From the IMG/VR virus record IMGVR_UViG_3300023174_000046, positions 62,001 through 126,000 of that record: a stretch of DNA of 64,000 nucleotides; one strand, written 5' to 3'. Of the stretch, positions 1-9,504 are shown one piece after another. Position 1 is the stretch's first letter. Every line of letters begins with the position of its first letter. The notes under the pieces are model-generated. The model made no database searches, was not told the DNA's origin, and saw only the letters and a program-made list of their open reading frames with translations. The position numbers and the translations under genes are program-made.

Positions 1-642
1 AAGTTTCATTTTAATGAACATCATAAGAGTTTTGTAGATAAAGGCCTAGCGGACGAATCACACATACTATTTTGCGACGGTCCTGCAGGATCTGCAAAAA
101 CATACTGTGCAGTGTATGTGGCACTAACGCTTTTAAAAGAAAAGAAGATAGATGAAATTGTTTATATCCGTAGCATAGTAGAGTCTGCTACCAGAAAATT
201 GGGTAGTTTGCCAGGTGAAGCTGATGAAAAATTTAAACCATGGAGCATACCGTTAGTAGAGAAATGTGATGAGCTTGTTGGCAAACAAATAACAAATATG
301 CTGTTTGACAGTGATTATCTTAAATGTACACCAGTAAATTTTCTAAGAGGATCAACATTCTCAAACAGTGTGGTAATAGTTGATGAAGCTCAAAATCTCG
401 AACATAGTGAGCTTGTGACAATATTAACAAGATATGGTAAAAACTGTAAATTGTTTGTAATTGGAGATTCTTTACAATCTGATATTCAGAAATCAGGTTT
501 TGAGAAGATAATGAAAGCTTTTGATACCAATGAAAGTGGTAATAATGGTATTCATGCCTTTCATCTAACAGAAGAAGATATCACACGCAGTAAATTGCTC
601 AAGTTTATTGTTAAAGTAATTGCAAATATCAAGTCAAAATAA
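1..642 (+). CDS. phoH: PhoH-family ATPase (5' truncated by window edge)
   Basis: Frame 1 is open from base 1: ...ILFCDGPAGSAKT (Walker A variant), LGSLPG, FLRGSTF, VIVDEAQN, LTRYG, GDSLQSD, all PhoH hallmarks. Confidence 0.93.
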   Translation, partial: KFHFNEHHKSFVDKGLADESHILFCDGPAGSAKTYCAVYVALTLLKEKKIDEIVYIRSIVESATRKLGSLPGEADEKFKPWSIPLVEKCDELVGKQITNMLFDSDYLKCTPVNFLRGSTFSNSVVIVDEAQNLEHSELVTILTRYGKNCKLFVIGDSLQSDIQKSGFEKIMKAFDTNESGNNGIHAFHLTEEDITRSKLLKFIVKVIANIKSK

Positions 643-840
643 TTATTCGAGCTGTTTTAGCTCTTCAAGTGCCTTGCGAATATTTTCTCGCGCCTCTGTA
701 CTGTAGCCAGTTTGTTGATTATTGATATTTAATATTGGTGTTGTAAGAGGTTTTTTTCCACCATCAACAATTTCACTCATTTTGCCAAAAACATCCGATT
801 TTAATTTTTGTAGAACTGGATCTTTCTCTTTATGTACCAT
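643..840 (-). CDS. Hypothetical protein (65 aa)
   Basis: ORF abuts the queD stop and fills the gap; no recognisable motif. Confidence 0.6.
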   Translation of the reverse strand: MVHKEKDPVLQKLKSDVFGKMSEIVDGGKKPLTTPILNINNQQTGYSTEARENIRKALEELKQLE

Positions 841-1482
841 TTAAACACTCCAAGATGTACCTGCAAAAGGATTGCTCATGCCTTTGGTAACTTTGGTACC
901 AAGAGGTGCACCCATCTCAACGTTAATGCCTGCATTAACTACATTTACCTGCTCAAGTGATGGTTGTAATGTTGTTGCAATTGTATTGTTTGTAACCACA
1001 TGCTTATCAGAAGCATATGGGTTATGATCCGGTACATGTTGATAGCCTGAACTAACAATTGCAGAATTTTTATCATGCTCCCATACTTCAACCCTACTAA
1101 CCCAACATCTATTATTAGTTATGCCTCTTACATGCGCATCAGCTACATCATAACACCAGTCTGCTGTTCTCTCAATACCAACACCTTTGTCCATAACTCT
1201 TAGATCTGCAGCACCTAAGGTGTGTAAATTTTTAAAATGATCTAGCAAAGGATCATCAGCTGAAATGCATAATGTATGATCAAATTGATTTTCTAAGACT
1301 TGCTTAAGTTCCTTTAAACCACCAAAATCTACAACCCAGTTCTTTTCATCTAGATAATTACATTCAAACCAAAATTTTGCTATCAACCTGTATCCATGGA
1401 TATATTTGCAATGGCTGTCTGCTTTCCACTGTCTAAATGCACAACTTCCTAATTCAATTATCTTTGTACTTTCGTATTTCAT
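841..1482 (-). CDS. queD: 6-carboxy-5,6,7,8-tetrahydropterin synthase (QueD/PTPS family) with a ~65 aa low-complexity C-terminal tail
   Basis: SHCKYIHGY, WVVDFGGLKELK, FDHT, VEVWEHDKNSA motifs. Confidence 0.92.
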   Translation of the reverse strand: MKYESTKIIELGSCAFRQWKADSHCKYIHGYRLIAKFWFECNYLDEKNWVVDFGGLKELKQVLENQFDHTLCISADDPLLDHFKNLHTLGAADLRVMDKGVGIERTADWCYDVADAHVRGITNNRCWVSRVEVWEHDKNSAIVSSGYQHVPDHNPYASDKHVVTNNTIATTLQPSLEQVNVVNAGINVEMGAPLGTKVTKGMSNPFAGTSWSV

Positions 1483-1488
1483 GCTCTT

Positions 1489-1516
1489 ATTATAACTACA
1501 CTTTTATATGAATCAA
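1489..1516 (-). promoter_or_regulatory. Sigma70-like promoter 6 nt upstream of the queD ATG (leaderless)
   Basis: Minus strand TTGATT-N16-TATAAT-N6-ATG. Confidence 0.8.
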
Positions 1517-1550
1517 CTCTCAACATACCAACTCTTTATATTACTGTATT

Positions 1551-1578
1551 ATTATAACCGAATTCCAAAAAAAATCAA
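1551..1578 (-). promoter_or_regulatory. Second, tandem sigma70-like promoter upstream of queD
   Basis: Minus strand AGTTGATT-N14-GTTATAATAA, same extended motif as 1489-1516 and 34225-34252. Confidence 0.65.
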
Positions 1579-1757
1579 CTGTGTTTTTTAATAATTCTTA
1601 CGACTGCAGCTTCGAACGACTCTTTGACATTAATGTGAAGTGCTGTAACCTGTCTTTTAGCTTTCTCTTTGGACATCGGTTTTTTTGAAAATGTACGATT
1701 AGTCTTTTTATTGACGACCTTAAACCCACTACCACTTTTGCGTATTGAATAAGGCAT
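1575..1757 (-). CDS. Small basic hypothetical protein (start likely MPYSIRK at 1757)
   Basis: K/R-rich ORF; ATG at 1757 follows the upstream stop by 4 nt. Confidence 0.65.
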   Translation of the reverse strand: MPYSIRKSGSGFKVVNKKTNRTFSKKPMSKEKAKRQVTALHINVKESFEAAVVRIIKKHS

Positions 1758-1761
1758 ATCT

Positions 1762-2493
1762 CTATTTGATTCTTTGAGCATTTTGTTGCATTGTATTTAT
1801 TTGCTTCTGAAGCTGCTGTATTTGCTGCACAAGCTGTTGATTGGCAGGTTGTTGACTCAATTGATTTGTAAGGTTTTGTAGTTTGTCCTGCTGTGTCTTT
1901 ACTTGCACAGCTGGCAGACCTACTGCACGTGGTATGCTACCAATTTGTTGTTGCAAACGATATGGATCGCCACCTGCTGCAGCTTTTAGGGACTGACCAA
2001 GAGCTCTTGGTGCATTTGTTATTGCAGAATATGCACCCACACCCTTCTGCAATGCTTTAATTGGTGCTGAAACTACTTTGCCAAGTATATTTGAGGCACT
2101 AGCTCTTGCAGGTGTATTTGCTGCAGCAATGCCTTTATTAGCATATGTTTGTTGTGCTGCAGCCAGCGGATCATTCTGTACTGCCCTCTGTACTGGTTGC
2201 ACTTTTTTTCTTGCAACTGGAGCTGCAGGTGCCTGTACTACCGCACCAGGTTGTGGTTGCGCTGTCACTTTGGGTTGTGGCTGTAAGGTTGGTTTGCCTT
2301 GTGCAGCTGCAGCTTGTGCTGCAACCTGATTGCGGTAATTTTGATTTGCAACTTGCTTGGGTGCATTAAATGTAACAGGGCTTTGTAGATTTGCTGTGCC
2401 AGTAGTTGTGGGATTGCTCTTCATGGCTTGAGCTCTCCTACTCTTTCTCGATTTCTCTGAAATTATATAATTATATAGGTCGTCAAATTTCAT
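1762..2493 (-). CDS. Gln/Ala/Pro-rich protein with capsid-targeting-like N-terminus (putative internal head protein)
   Basis: MKFDDLYNYIISE N-terminus, low-complexity body; ATGA overlap with the upstream gene. Confidence 0.55.
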   Translation of the reverse strand: MKFDDLYNYIISEKSRKSRRAQAMKSNPTTTGTANLQSPVTFNAPKQVANQNYRNQVAAQAAAAQGKPTLQPQPKVTAQPQPGAVVQAPAAPVARKKVQPVQRAVQNDPLAAAQQTYANKGIAAANTPARASASNILGKVVSAPIKALQKGVGAYSAITNAPRALGQSLKAAAGGDPYRLQQQIGSIPRAVGLPAVQVKTQQDKLQNLTNQLSQQPANQQLVQQIQQLQKQINTMQQNAQRIK

Positions 2494-2891
2494 TGTAACA
2501 TATATTCCTTGTAAAGATCTTTAAGTTGAGCATCATTAATGCCATTATCCTTGAGAATAGCTTCAATTGAAACAATGTCGTTGAGTTGCATTATCATTGC
2601 TGCAACTGTCTCGTTTCCTATTTTATTTGCGAGAAATGTCTTCAATGCTTCGAGTCGTGGATTTGTTGCATCCATCATAGAGGCAGGCATATTGACCATG
2701 GGATTCATTTCTGCTGCCGGCTTGATAACATACACTGAAACTGCACCTTCACACTCTTCTAATACATAGCCTTCGTAGCCTGCATATGCTTTAAAAGCTT
2801 GATGCTCTTTGTTTAGAGGATCATACTTTATGCGTACTCTTCTCAGATTTTGTTCACTTATGGTTTTTTCAATAATATTAAAAAACTTCAT
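2490..2891 (-). CDS. Hypothetical late protein with capsid-targeting-like N-terminus
   Basis: MKFFNIIEKTISE; TAAATA 9 nt upstream of ATG. Confidence 0.6.
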   Translation of the reverse strand: MKFFNIIEKTISEQNLRRVRIKYDPLNKEHQAFKAYAGYEGYVLEECEGAVSVYVIKPAAEMNPMVNMPASMMDATNPRLEALKTFLANKIGNETVAAMIMQLNDIVSIEAILKDNGINDAQLKDLYKEYMLQ

Positions 2892-2945
2892 CTTCTATAT
2901 TATTTATTATTGAAAATTTAAAACCTTAGGTTATATTATGTAAAT

Positions 2946-3596
2946 ATGTCTAAGAAAGTATTAATTCCATACGCAAATCATAACCATCCTCGCTCTGAAC
3001 AAGAGAAGAATGAGATTATTGATCATGCCGCAAAAGCTTATGAAGCTTATCTTGATGCGCTTTGTATTGATTGGCGCAATGATCCAAATAGCTCCAACAC
3101 ACCTCACCGAGTTGCAAAGGCCTTTGTTGAAGATCTAGCTTCTGGTTGCTACAGCACACCACCCAAAGTAACTGCATTTGCTAATGTGGATCAATATGAT
3201 GGCATTGTGTGTCAAAATAATATTAAAGTAACTTCACTTTGTTCACATCATCATGCAGCGTTCACTGGTGTAGCACATGTAGCATACATACCTTCTCGTG
3301 ATGGTAAGGTCATTGGCTTGAGCAAGCTCAATCGCATTGTAGATTGGTTTTCACGCAGACCACAAGTGCAGGAGAATCTCACCATGCAAATTCACCAGCA
3401 TATTGATCAAGCTTGTGAATTAAACAATGGTGTGGCAGTTATGATTGAGGCAAAGCATACTTGTTGTTCCAATCGTGGCATCAAGCATGACTCTACTATG
3501 CGCACTGCGCGCATGTCTGGTGCGTTCTTGGATAACAATGACAACTCTCGTTCTGAGTTTTACAAGTTTATTGAATTTGCACAAAATAGGGATTAA
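2946..3596 (+). CDS. folE: GTP cyclohydrolase I
   Basis: TPHRVAKA, SLCSHHHAAF, GLSKLNRIV, RRPQVQENLT, AKHTCCSNRG; promoter TTGAAA-N16-TATATT at 2910-2937. Confidence 0.96.
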   Translation: MSKKVLIPYANHNHPRSEQEKNEIIDHAAKAYEAYLDALCIDWRNDPNSSNTPHRVAKAFVEDLASGCYSTPPKVTAFANVDQYDGIVCQNNIKVTSLCSHHHAAFTGVAHVAYIPSRDGKVIGLSKLNRIVDWFSRRPQVQENLTMQIHQHIDQACELNNGVAVMIEAKHTCCSNRGIKHDSTMRTARMSGAFLDNNDNSRSEFYKFIEFAQNRD

Positions 3597-3598
3597 GT

Positions 3599-4180
3599 GT
3601 GGACCCATATTATACACATAGACCCCACCTTACCAAGATATTAGAGCAGCTAGATTTTACTAAAACAGTTAGATGTGTAGAGTTTGGTTCAGGTGATGGC
3701 TCGGGAGAAGTTTTTAAACAGTTTACGGAGCGCTACCCAAATCTTAAAGTTGTTTGTCTTGAATCTGACAGGGAGTGGTTTAACAGAACATCAGTAAAGT
3801 ATCAATCAAATAATTATAGGTATAAATTTGTGGAAAATTGGACCAATACAATTAAAAGTATTAGTCCAGAAGAAGTATTTGACCTTGCTTTTATTGACAA
3901 TGGACCGACTTGGGATACACGCATTCAAATTCTGGAACAAATTAAAAATCAATGCAAGCATATCATTATTCATGATTATGATTATTATAATAAAGGCCAC
4001 ATGGGTTTAGCAGATGGTCTCAATCTTGAGTATTATGAAGCATACCGCAACACTGAGCATGATATCTATTCTGTAGGTGCAAATAGTTTTTTTGGTAAGT
4101 ATGCAAAAAATTTTATACTTGAGGCACATAGCACAGAGCTACCACCAACACTTGTATTAACAAATAAGACTTTAATTTAG
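3599..4180 (+). CDS. Class I SAM-dependent methyltransferase (possibly sugar O-methyltransferase)
   Basis: VEFGSGDGS motif I, acidic LESD, FDLAFIDNG, IIIHD; GTG start 2 nt after the folE stop. Confidence 0.7.
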   Translation: MDPYYTHRPHLTKILEQLDFTKTVRCVEFGSGDGSGEVFKQFTERYPNLKVVCLESDREWFNRTSVKYQSNNYRYKFVENWTNTIKSISPEEVFDLAFIDNGPTWDTRIQILEQIKNQCKHIIIHDYDYYNKGHMGLADGLNLEYYEAYRNTEHDIYSVGANSFFGKYAKNFILEAHSTELPPTLVLTNKTLI

Positions 4181-4225
4181 CTAAGGTGCTGGTGGTGTAA
4201 CAGTTGGTGTTAGTGTTACTGTTTA

Positions 4226-7168
4226 TTATATGTACCTTGTTGCAAATGTTGCATAATATGTTCTAATCGCTCCTATATTACAGTATAGCGGGCCACTAGC
4301 GTACGACCAAACACCGCCGGTACTTCTTTTAAGAACATGAAACGAGTTATCAAAATTAGGACTGCCTTCAAAAGTACTTACAAAAAGCCCTATTGAATTG
4401 TCTGAAAAGACATTAAGCTTTAATGATTGTATGCAACTGGCTGCAGCTGGATTTAAAGAAATTCCTCCCAGACCTGCACTCTGGATAGTTGCAATAACTG
4501 TATTTGATATGACTGTGTTTGTAGTAAAATTATATTCTATGAATCCTATTCCACCTCGTATAAAGGAGCTCGTCTTCTTTGTATATGCAATATATGCTAT
4601 ATTTTTATCTGTTTTACTGAAATCTAGTCTAATAAGAGGTGATCTACCGTCAGTATTGACACCACCACCAATGCCAGGATCAGTTTTATAATCAGTAGTT
4701 ATGCTAGCATCTGTATATATAGCATTACTATTAAAATATAGTGCACCGTTTGAATAGCATGCAATATGATAGTTTCCAGAGTAGTCGCAATTGTAATCAT
4801 AATTATAAACAATACTTGGACCACTAAAGATAGCAGTATTGCCTGGGTATGCATATATTGTGCTGCTATTTCCTGCTGGATAAGCCCAGCTATAGTTCAG
4901 CAAATTATTTTTACTCTGTACAGCGACTACCGGAGATCCGTTTACAAAAAAACTATATACAGATGAATTTAACAGCGTTGGTGTCGCCCATGTAACACCC
5001 CTATCATTTGAAGATGAAACATATAGTGATACACCATTAGTAGAGCTGTAATTATTAAAATATATATAATAATACGTATTCATACCGTCTATAAAGAGGT
5101 TATCGTTACAAGGGGAAAATGTTGCAGGTGGTGCAAGATTGGCAGGTGTCGAAATGGTATCCCACGATGCACCGTTCCATCTTTTGAGAGTTCTTACGAG
5201 ATTCGTCCCATCTGTAATCATTGCAACTAAGTTATTATTCGCGTCGTTCTCATAAGCCATAACCATTTGTGTTCTACTGTTTCCCGTATACGGGAGTGTT
5301 GTAACTCTGCTAAGTGTTGCGAGATCATTTGTATATTCTCTTATTTCAAAAGGACTGTTTGCAAGAGAAGTTCCTTGAGCTAAGAAAGACATTTTCTGCA
5401 GATTGCTACCAACAGCACCAAGAGAGAATTCATAGTAATAATTAATGGCTACTGCAGGGCTGAAATAATTTGCCGATGTACCTACAGCTATGAATTTGTT
5501 TATTCCTGGGCAATAACATATATCATTTATAGTTCCCAGACCACCAGCAGTTTCATCTGGTATATCGAGAGAATACCATGTTTGAAGATCAAAGCTATAT
5601 CTACATCCCCTTTTATTTGTATTAAAGTTAATAGGACCTACTAAAACATATACACCGTTACCATATATAATTTTCCAAAACGCATTATTAACAGCAACCG
5701 CTCCTGCATTAACATCAACACTTACCCAATTATTGTTTTGTAGTAATCCAATATCACTTGTTGCACTACCTGTGCGATTGATGGCCATTGTGAAACCTAT
5801 CCAGCTACCATTCACATAATTAGCTGCTTTATATTTTTGATTGTCGGTAAATGCAAGAGGACCAGTTACTGGCGTGCCACCACCATCTGCAAGAGTTGTC
5901 TTTAGATACCCGTTAACTAAAAATTGCGGGCTTGCTATATTATTATTAAATGCAGCACCGTATGTGTTTTGATATACACCCTGCGAAAATTCATATGGCT
6001 TTGTCCAGCTTGTACCGTAGTTACTTGTTTCCTGGATGGCGTTATAAGTTTCTCCTATCAGCGCTATTTTGCTCGAACCGCTGCATATAACATCAATGTG
6101 TGACTGACTACCAAATCCGTTATCTGGCAGTACACTCGATGTCCAAGATATGCCATCGTTTGAAGTATATAAATATCTTGTAGCACCACCGGTACCACCA
6201 TATGTAAGACCGAAAAATTTATTTAATAGAGTTGAGAATTTAACATTACAGCCAGTTGCGCTACCAGGGTTTGGACACATTTGATTGCCCTGCGTCCATG
6301 TTGTGCCGCCATTTGTAGAATAAAAAGATTTTTGCCCAGATTCAAGAACAGGATTTATAACTATTGTAGTATCGTTAGCCGCTACACTGCCCCAGACTTT
6401 TGTAGCGGGTAGAGTTACTTTTTGAAAGCTTACAGTAGCAGGTGTAACAGGCTTGGTCGGTGTGGGTGTTATTGTTGGTGTAGGTGTCAGTGAAATTGTA
6501 GGTGTTACTGTAGGTGTTAGTGAAATTGTAGGAGTTACAGTTGGCGTGGGTGTTAAAGAAATTGTAGGTGTTAGTGAAATTGTGGGGGTTACAGTTGGCG
6601 TGGGTGTTAATGAAATTGTAGGTGTTAGTGAAATTGTGGGGGTTACAGTTGGCGTGCAGGTGCGTGTTGGCGTAAGTGAAATTGTAGGTGTTACTGTTGG
6701 TGTTGCAGTGGGGGTTCCTGTGGGTGGTGGTGGCGTTACAGTTGGTGTTGGTGTCACAGTTGGTGTGCAGGTGCGCGTTGGTGTTAATGAAATTGTAGGT
6801 GTTACTGTTGGTGTAACAGTTGGTGTACAGGTGCGCGTTGGTGTAACAGTTGGTGACACCCCCGGTGTAGGTGTTGGTGTTACAGTTGGAGTACGCGTTG
6901 GTGTAACAGTCGGTGTACAGGTGCGTGTTGGCGTAAGTGAAATTGTAGGTGTCAGTGAAATTGTGGGTGTTGGTGTCAAAACTGGAAGCGGTGTATTGGT
7001 TGGGTTTGGTGTTACATTTGGTGGTGGGGTTACAGGAATTACTTGGTAATCTGTATATACATTTGTAACATTTACTACTGAAGCAAGATTTGTTTTTTTA
7101 TACTGTACACCGTTAATAGTTACATAATTACAGTCTGACGGCACTGCAGCGTCAGGTAGAATTATCAT
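4226..7168 (-). CDS. Putative virion adhesin/fibre: ~200 aa Pro/Thr-repeat stalk followed by BNR/Asp-box beta-propeller domains
   Basis: [16 protein letters not shown] repeats; Asp-box-like [41 protein letters not shown]. Confidence 0.75.
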   Translation of the reverse strand: MIILPDAAVPSDCNYVTINGVQYKKTNLASVVNVTNVYTDYQVIPVTPPPNVTPNPTNTPLPVLTPTPTISLTPTISLTPTRTCTPTVTPTRTPTVTPTPTPGVSPTVTPTRTCTPTVTPTVTPTISLTPTRTCTPTVTPTPTVTPPPPTGTPTATPTVTPTISLTPTRTCTPTVTPTISLTPTISLTPTPTVTPTISLTPTISLTPTPTVTPTISLTPTVTPTISLTPTPTITPTPTKPVTPATVSFQKVTLPATKVWGSVAANDTTIVINPVLESGQKSFYSTNGGTTWTQGNQMCPNPGSATGCNVKFSTLLNKFFGLTYGGTGGATRYLYTSNDGISWTSSVLPDNGFGSQSHIDVICSGSSKIALIGETYNAIQETSNYGTSWTKPYEFSQGVYQNTYGAAFNNNIASPQFLVNGYLKTTLADGGGTPVTGPLAFTDNQKYKAANYVNGSWIGFTMAINRTGSATSDIGLLQNNNWVSVDVNAGAVAVNNAFWKIIYGNGVYVLVGPINFNTNKRGCRYSFDLQTWYSLDIPDETAGGLGTINDICYCPGINKFIAVGTSANYFSPAVAINYYYEFSLGAVGSNLQKMSFLAQGTSLANSPFEIREYTNDLATLSRVTTLPYTGNSRTQMVMAYENDANNNLVAMITDGTNLVRTLKRWNGASWDTISTPANLAPPATFSPCNDNLFIDGMNTYYYIYFNNYSSTNGVSLYVSSSNDRGVTWATPTLLNSSVYSFFVNGSPVVAVQSKNNLLNYSWAYPAGNSSTIYAYPGNTAIFSGPSIVYNYDYNCDYSGNYHIACYSNGALYFNSNAIYTDASITTDYKTDPGIGGGVNTDGRSPLIRLDFSKTDKNIAYIAYTKKTSSFIRGGIGFIEYNFTTNTVISNTVIATIQSAGLGGISLNPAAASCIQSLKLNVFSDNSIGLFVSTFEGSPNFDNSFHVLKRSTGGVWSYASGPLYCNIGAIRTYYATFATRYI
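6440..7036 (-). repeat. Coding mosaic minisatellite (12- and 18-bp units encoding [16 protein letters not shown])
   Basis: Repeated gtgaaattgt[ag]gg and caggtgcg[ct]gttgg units directly visible. Confidence 0.95.
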
Positions 7169-7578
7169 ACCTGCCTGCTATTAATATCGATAAGTGCATC
7201 CAAGCTTTTCAAAAACTCTCTTCCCAACAAAACAGGTGTTTCATTTTTGCTTCTATCTGCAATAGAGAATTTTACTTTATTATATTTTTTGCCTTTGAAA
7301 GTGATATCAAACTCTACAATAGGTCTATCTTCATTAACACCCGATCCTATGTGTATTACAATTGTATCAGCAATATCCTTGTGTAGCGGTAAATTTTTTG
7401 TTGTTGAAACAAATCTTACCTTATTACCATCCATTTGTATCTCTCGACCGTCAAGAACGTTAAAAGCACTGTTACCTGAATCGGCCATGCTTTCAACTGT
7501 ACCAACACCTTCAATGGTAATGGGTTCTATTAAATTAACTACGCTTTTTTCGGAATAATAGCAACGAAAGGGCTTCAC
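7165..7578 (-). CDS. Retropepsin-like aspartic protease (RimK-associated 'ATP-dependent Zn protease' family)
   Basis: MADSGN catalytic D-S-G, ERP-like EDRP, FSIADRS...PVLLGREFL; TAAATA 5 nt before GTG. Confidence 0.8.
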   Translation of the reverse strand: MKPFRCYYSEKSVVNLIEPITIEGVGTVESMADSGNSAFNVLDGREIQMDGNKVRFVSTTKNLPLHKDIADTIVIHIGSGVNEDRPIVEFDITFKGKKYNKVKFSIADRSKNETPVLLGREFLKSLDALIDINSRQV

Positions 7579-7582
7579 CCCT

Positions 7583-7792
7583 TTATTTATTGTTTTTATT
7601 GTATGAAAGCTTAGTAGGCTTCTCTATATATTCACCCAAGTGTTTTGAGAATAATTTTACTTGATCAACAATAATATCTTTCTCTTCACCCTTCAATTTC
7701 TTTGTGCGTTCATATAAATCTAGTATAAAATCAGAGCTTATCTTAATATAGCTCACACCATCTTTGAGCTGATTTTTGTGATGAAATTTCAC
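7583..7792 (-). CDS. Hypothetical protein (69 aa)
   Basis: ORF with TAAGTA 5 nt upstream of the GTG start. Confidence 0.6.
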   Translation of the reverse strand: MKFHHKNQLKDGVSYIKISSDFILDLYERTKKLKGEEKDIIVDQVKLFSKHLGEYIEKPTKLSYNKNNK

Positions 7793-7868
7793 CTAAGTAC
7801 TTAAGAGAAAAGTTGATAAGTCTACTATTTATTAAAAAATTTTGCCCCATGTTTGCATAAATATTAAT

Positions 7869-8396
7869 ATGTACAGGAATGATATAGAAAATCTAAATAA
7901 TGCTTTCTTTAAAATACTCAATGAAGGTACTGCAGATTTGGGTCCACAGGCAGATTCTCAGCAAGGCCTTTCACCTGTTATACCAACTATAATCAAAACA
8001 AAAGAAGACGAAGAATGTGAGAATTGTAGTTGTGGTGATTCTGCTGCACCTGCTACAAGAGATCCCGATGAAATAGAGATGTCAAGAAGTGAACTATATA
8101 ACACAATTCATCATGCCGTTAGCTTATATTCAAAGCTCAAGACAATCAATAATCTTGAGGCTTGGGCAAGAGCAAAAATAACAAAAGCAGCCGATTATTT
8201 GAATTCTGTCAAACATTATCTTGATCATGAAGAAGTACAGAGCGAACAAAATGAAGAGATAGATCTCTTTAGCGCGTTTGATAAAGGATCAACAGATATC
8301 ATTGGTAAGCTTTCTGGTATTCTCTCTAGAGAGAGCAAAGAAAATCTCGAAAAGATTCTTTTTGAAGTTGTGCAGTTAATCGAAAAGAAGTCTTAG
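7869..8396 (+). CDS. Conserved T4-like hypothetical protein (LEAW..KIT.A.DYL domain), putative head-internal
   Basis: EMSRSEL...NLEAWARAKITKAADYLNSVKHYL; real start ATG 7869, 5 nt after TAAATA. Confidence 0.7.
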   Translation: MYRNDIENLNNAFFKILNEGTADLGPQADSQQGLSPVIPTIIKTKEDEECENCSCGDSAAPATRDPDEIEMSRSELYNTIHHAVSLYSKLKTINNLEAWARAKITKAADYLNSVKHYLDHEEVQSEQNEEIDLFSAFDKGSTDIIGKLSGILSRESKENLEKILFEVVQLIEKKS

Positions 8397-9181
8397 TAAT
8401 TCATTCTGCCTACAGTTAATTCACCATCAGCCTGATAAGGTGGGTTAGTAAGCTTGTCGTTATATGCTTTATCTCTATCCTTGATTAACTCTTTATTCAT
8501 AAAGCTACTCATTTCATTCTCTTCGCTGCTTTGAATGGTAAGATGTTTATCAAAAATTTTCTTTATCTTATCGTAGTTTTTAATGTAAAGTTTTTTAATT
8601 AAATTTATTTTTTGATTATCATTCAGTGTGCTATAAAGATTGCGTAATTCAGATGCACTTTTAATATTTTTGCCAAAAATTTCACTACCAAATTCTATTG
8701 TTGGGAATGTATAAATGTAGCCATGCTTTGCAAATGGTTCCATATTTTCTTTTGAAAAATCTTGAAAATAAGAAGGTGTACCGTCTTTCTTGACGCGTGT
8801 AAAGAGTGATTTCCTTGTGGGGTCTTGTTTTTCCTTATCACTCATAGCAAATATAACCTTATCTTTCTCTGGGTTATATTTTTTCAGAATCTCTTCTGAC
8901 CTAAACGGTGATTTTACTTCTATGATTTTATTAGGGTCTATTCCTGTAGATGAAATAATAAGTTTCTTCTCTTGAGCTGTAAACGGTCTTTCTTCAGTAT
9001 AGCCTGTTATTGCAATATATGAATCTGCATCGGGAAATGTTTTCTGTATATTTTCAAAAATGCTTTTATGACCTAAATGAAAAGGATGAAAGCCACCTGG
9101 AAAAATTACTATTGTTTTTCCTGCCGACTCAACAATGAAATGTTTCTTAAAGATATTTTCTACTAACAGATCAAATTTCAT
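8393..9181 (-). CDS. HIGH-superfamily (cytidylyltransferase-like) nucleotidyltransferase
   Basis: IVIFPGGFHPFHLGH (HxGH), RPFTAQEK, KSASELR. Confidence 0.82.
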   Translation of the reverse strand: MKFDLLVENIFKKHFIVESAGKTIVIFPGGFHPFHLGHKSIFENIQKTFPDADSYIAITGYTEERPFTAQEKKLIISSTGIDPNKIIEVKSPFRSEEILKKYNPEKDKVIFAMSDKEKQDPTRKSLFTRVKKDGTPSYFQDFSKENMEPFAKHGYIYTFPTIEFGSEIFGKNIKSASELRNLYSTLNDNQKINLIKKLYIKNYDKIKKIFDKHLTIQSSEENEMSSFMNKELIKDRDKAYNDKLTNPPYQADGELTVGRMNY

Positions 9182-9501
9182 TTATTTATATCTATATCCG
9201 GGTCATATTTTCTTACGAGGGTAATAATTTGCGAGAGGACGTCCTTTGCATTTTCAGGATTTACATCCGGCATCTCAAGAATTGTATCTGTATCTGTGGT
9301 ATCGGGTTTAATTACAAGAGCTTTCTTGAGCAATCTTACCAGCATTGCTTCTCCTTCTGATGTAAGTGGTGCGGCTTGAGGTGCTTCTGGAGCAGGTGCA
9401 GCTGCTGGAGGCATTGCTGCGTCTTGTTCTGGTGGTAGTGCAGAAGCAGGTTCTTGCTCAAGTAAAGGTTGATATTTTTTTAGTGTTTCTGTGAATTTCA
9501 T
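9178..9501 (-). CDS. Hypothetical protein with Pro/Ala-rich linker and capsid-targeting-like N-terminus
   Basis: MKFTETLKKYQPLLE. Confidence 0.6.
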   Translation of the reverse strand: MKFTETLKKYQPLLEQEPASALPPEQDAAMPPAAAPAPEAPQAAPLTSEGEAMLVRLLKKALVIKPDTTDTDTILEMPDVNPENAKDVLSQIITLVRKYDPDIDINK

Positions 9502-9504
9502 AAA

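Noticed and set aside
6440-7036. Possible CRISPR array
   Set aside because: Units are 12-18 bp, in-frame coding, degenerate at third positions, with no unique spacers and no cas genes
6453-7049. 198-aa Val/Gly-rich ORF on the + strand
   Set aside because: Antisense shadow of the Pro/Thr repeat; no promoter or independent signal
9183-9190. Perfect TATAAATA before the nucleotidyltransferase
   Set aside because: Only 1 nt from the ATG, too close to serve that start; the gene is coupled by an ATGA overlap instead
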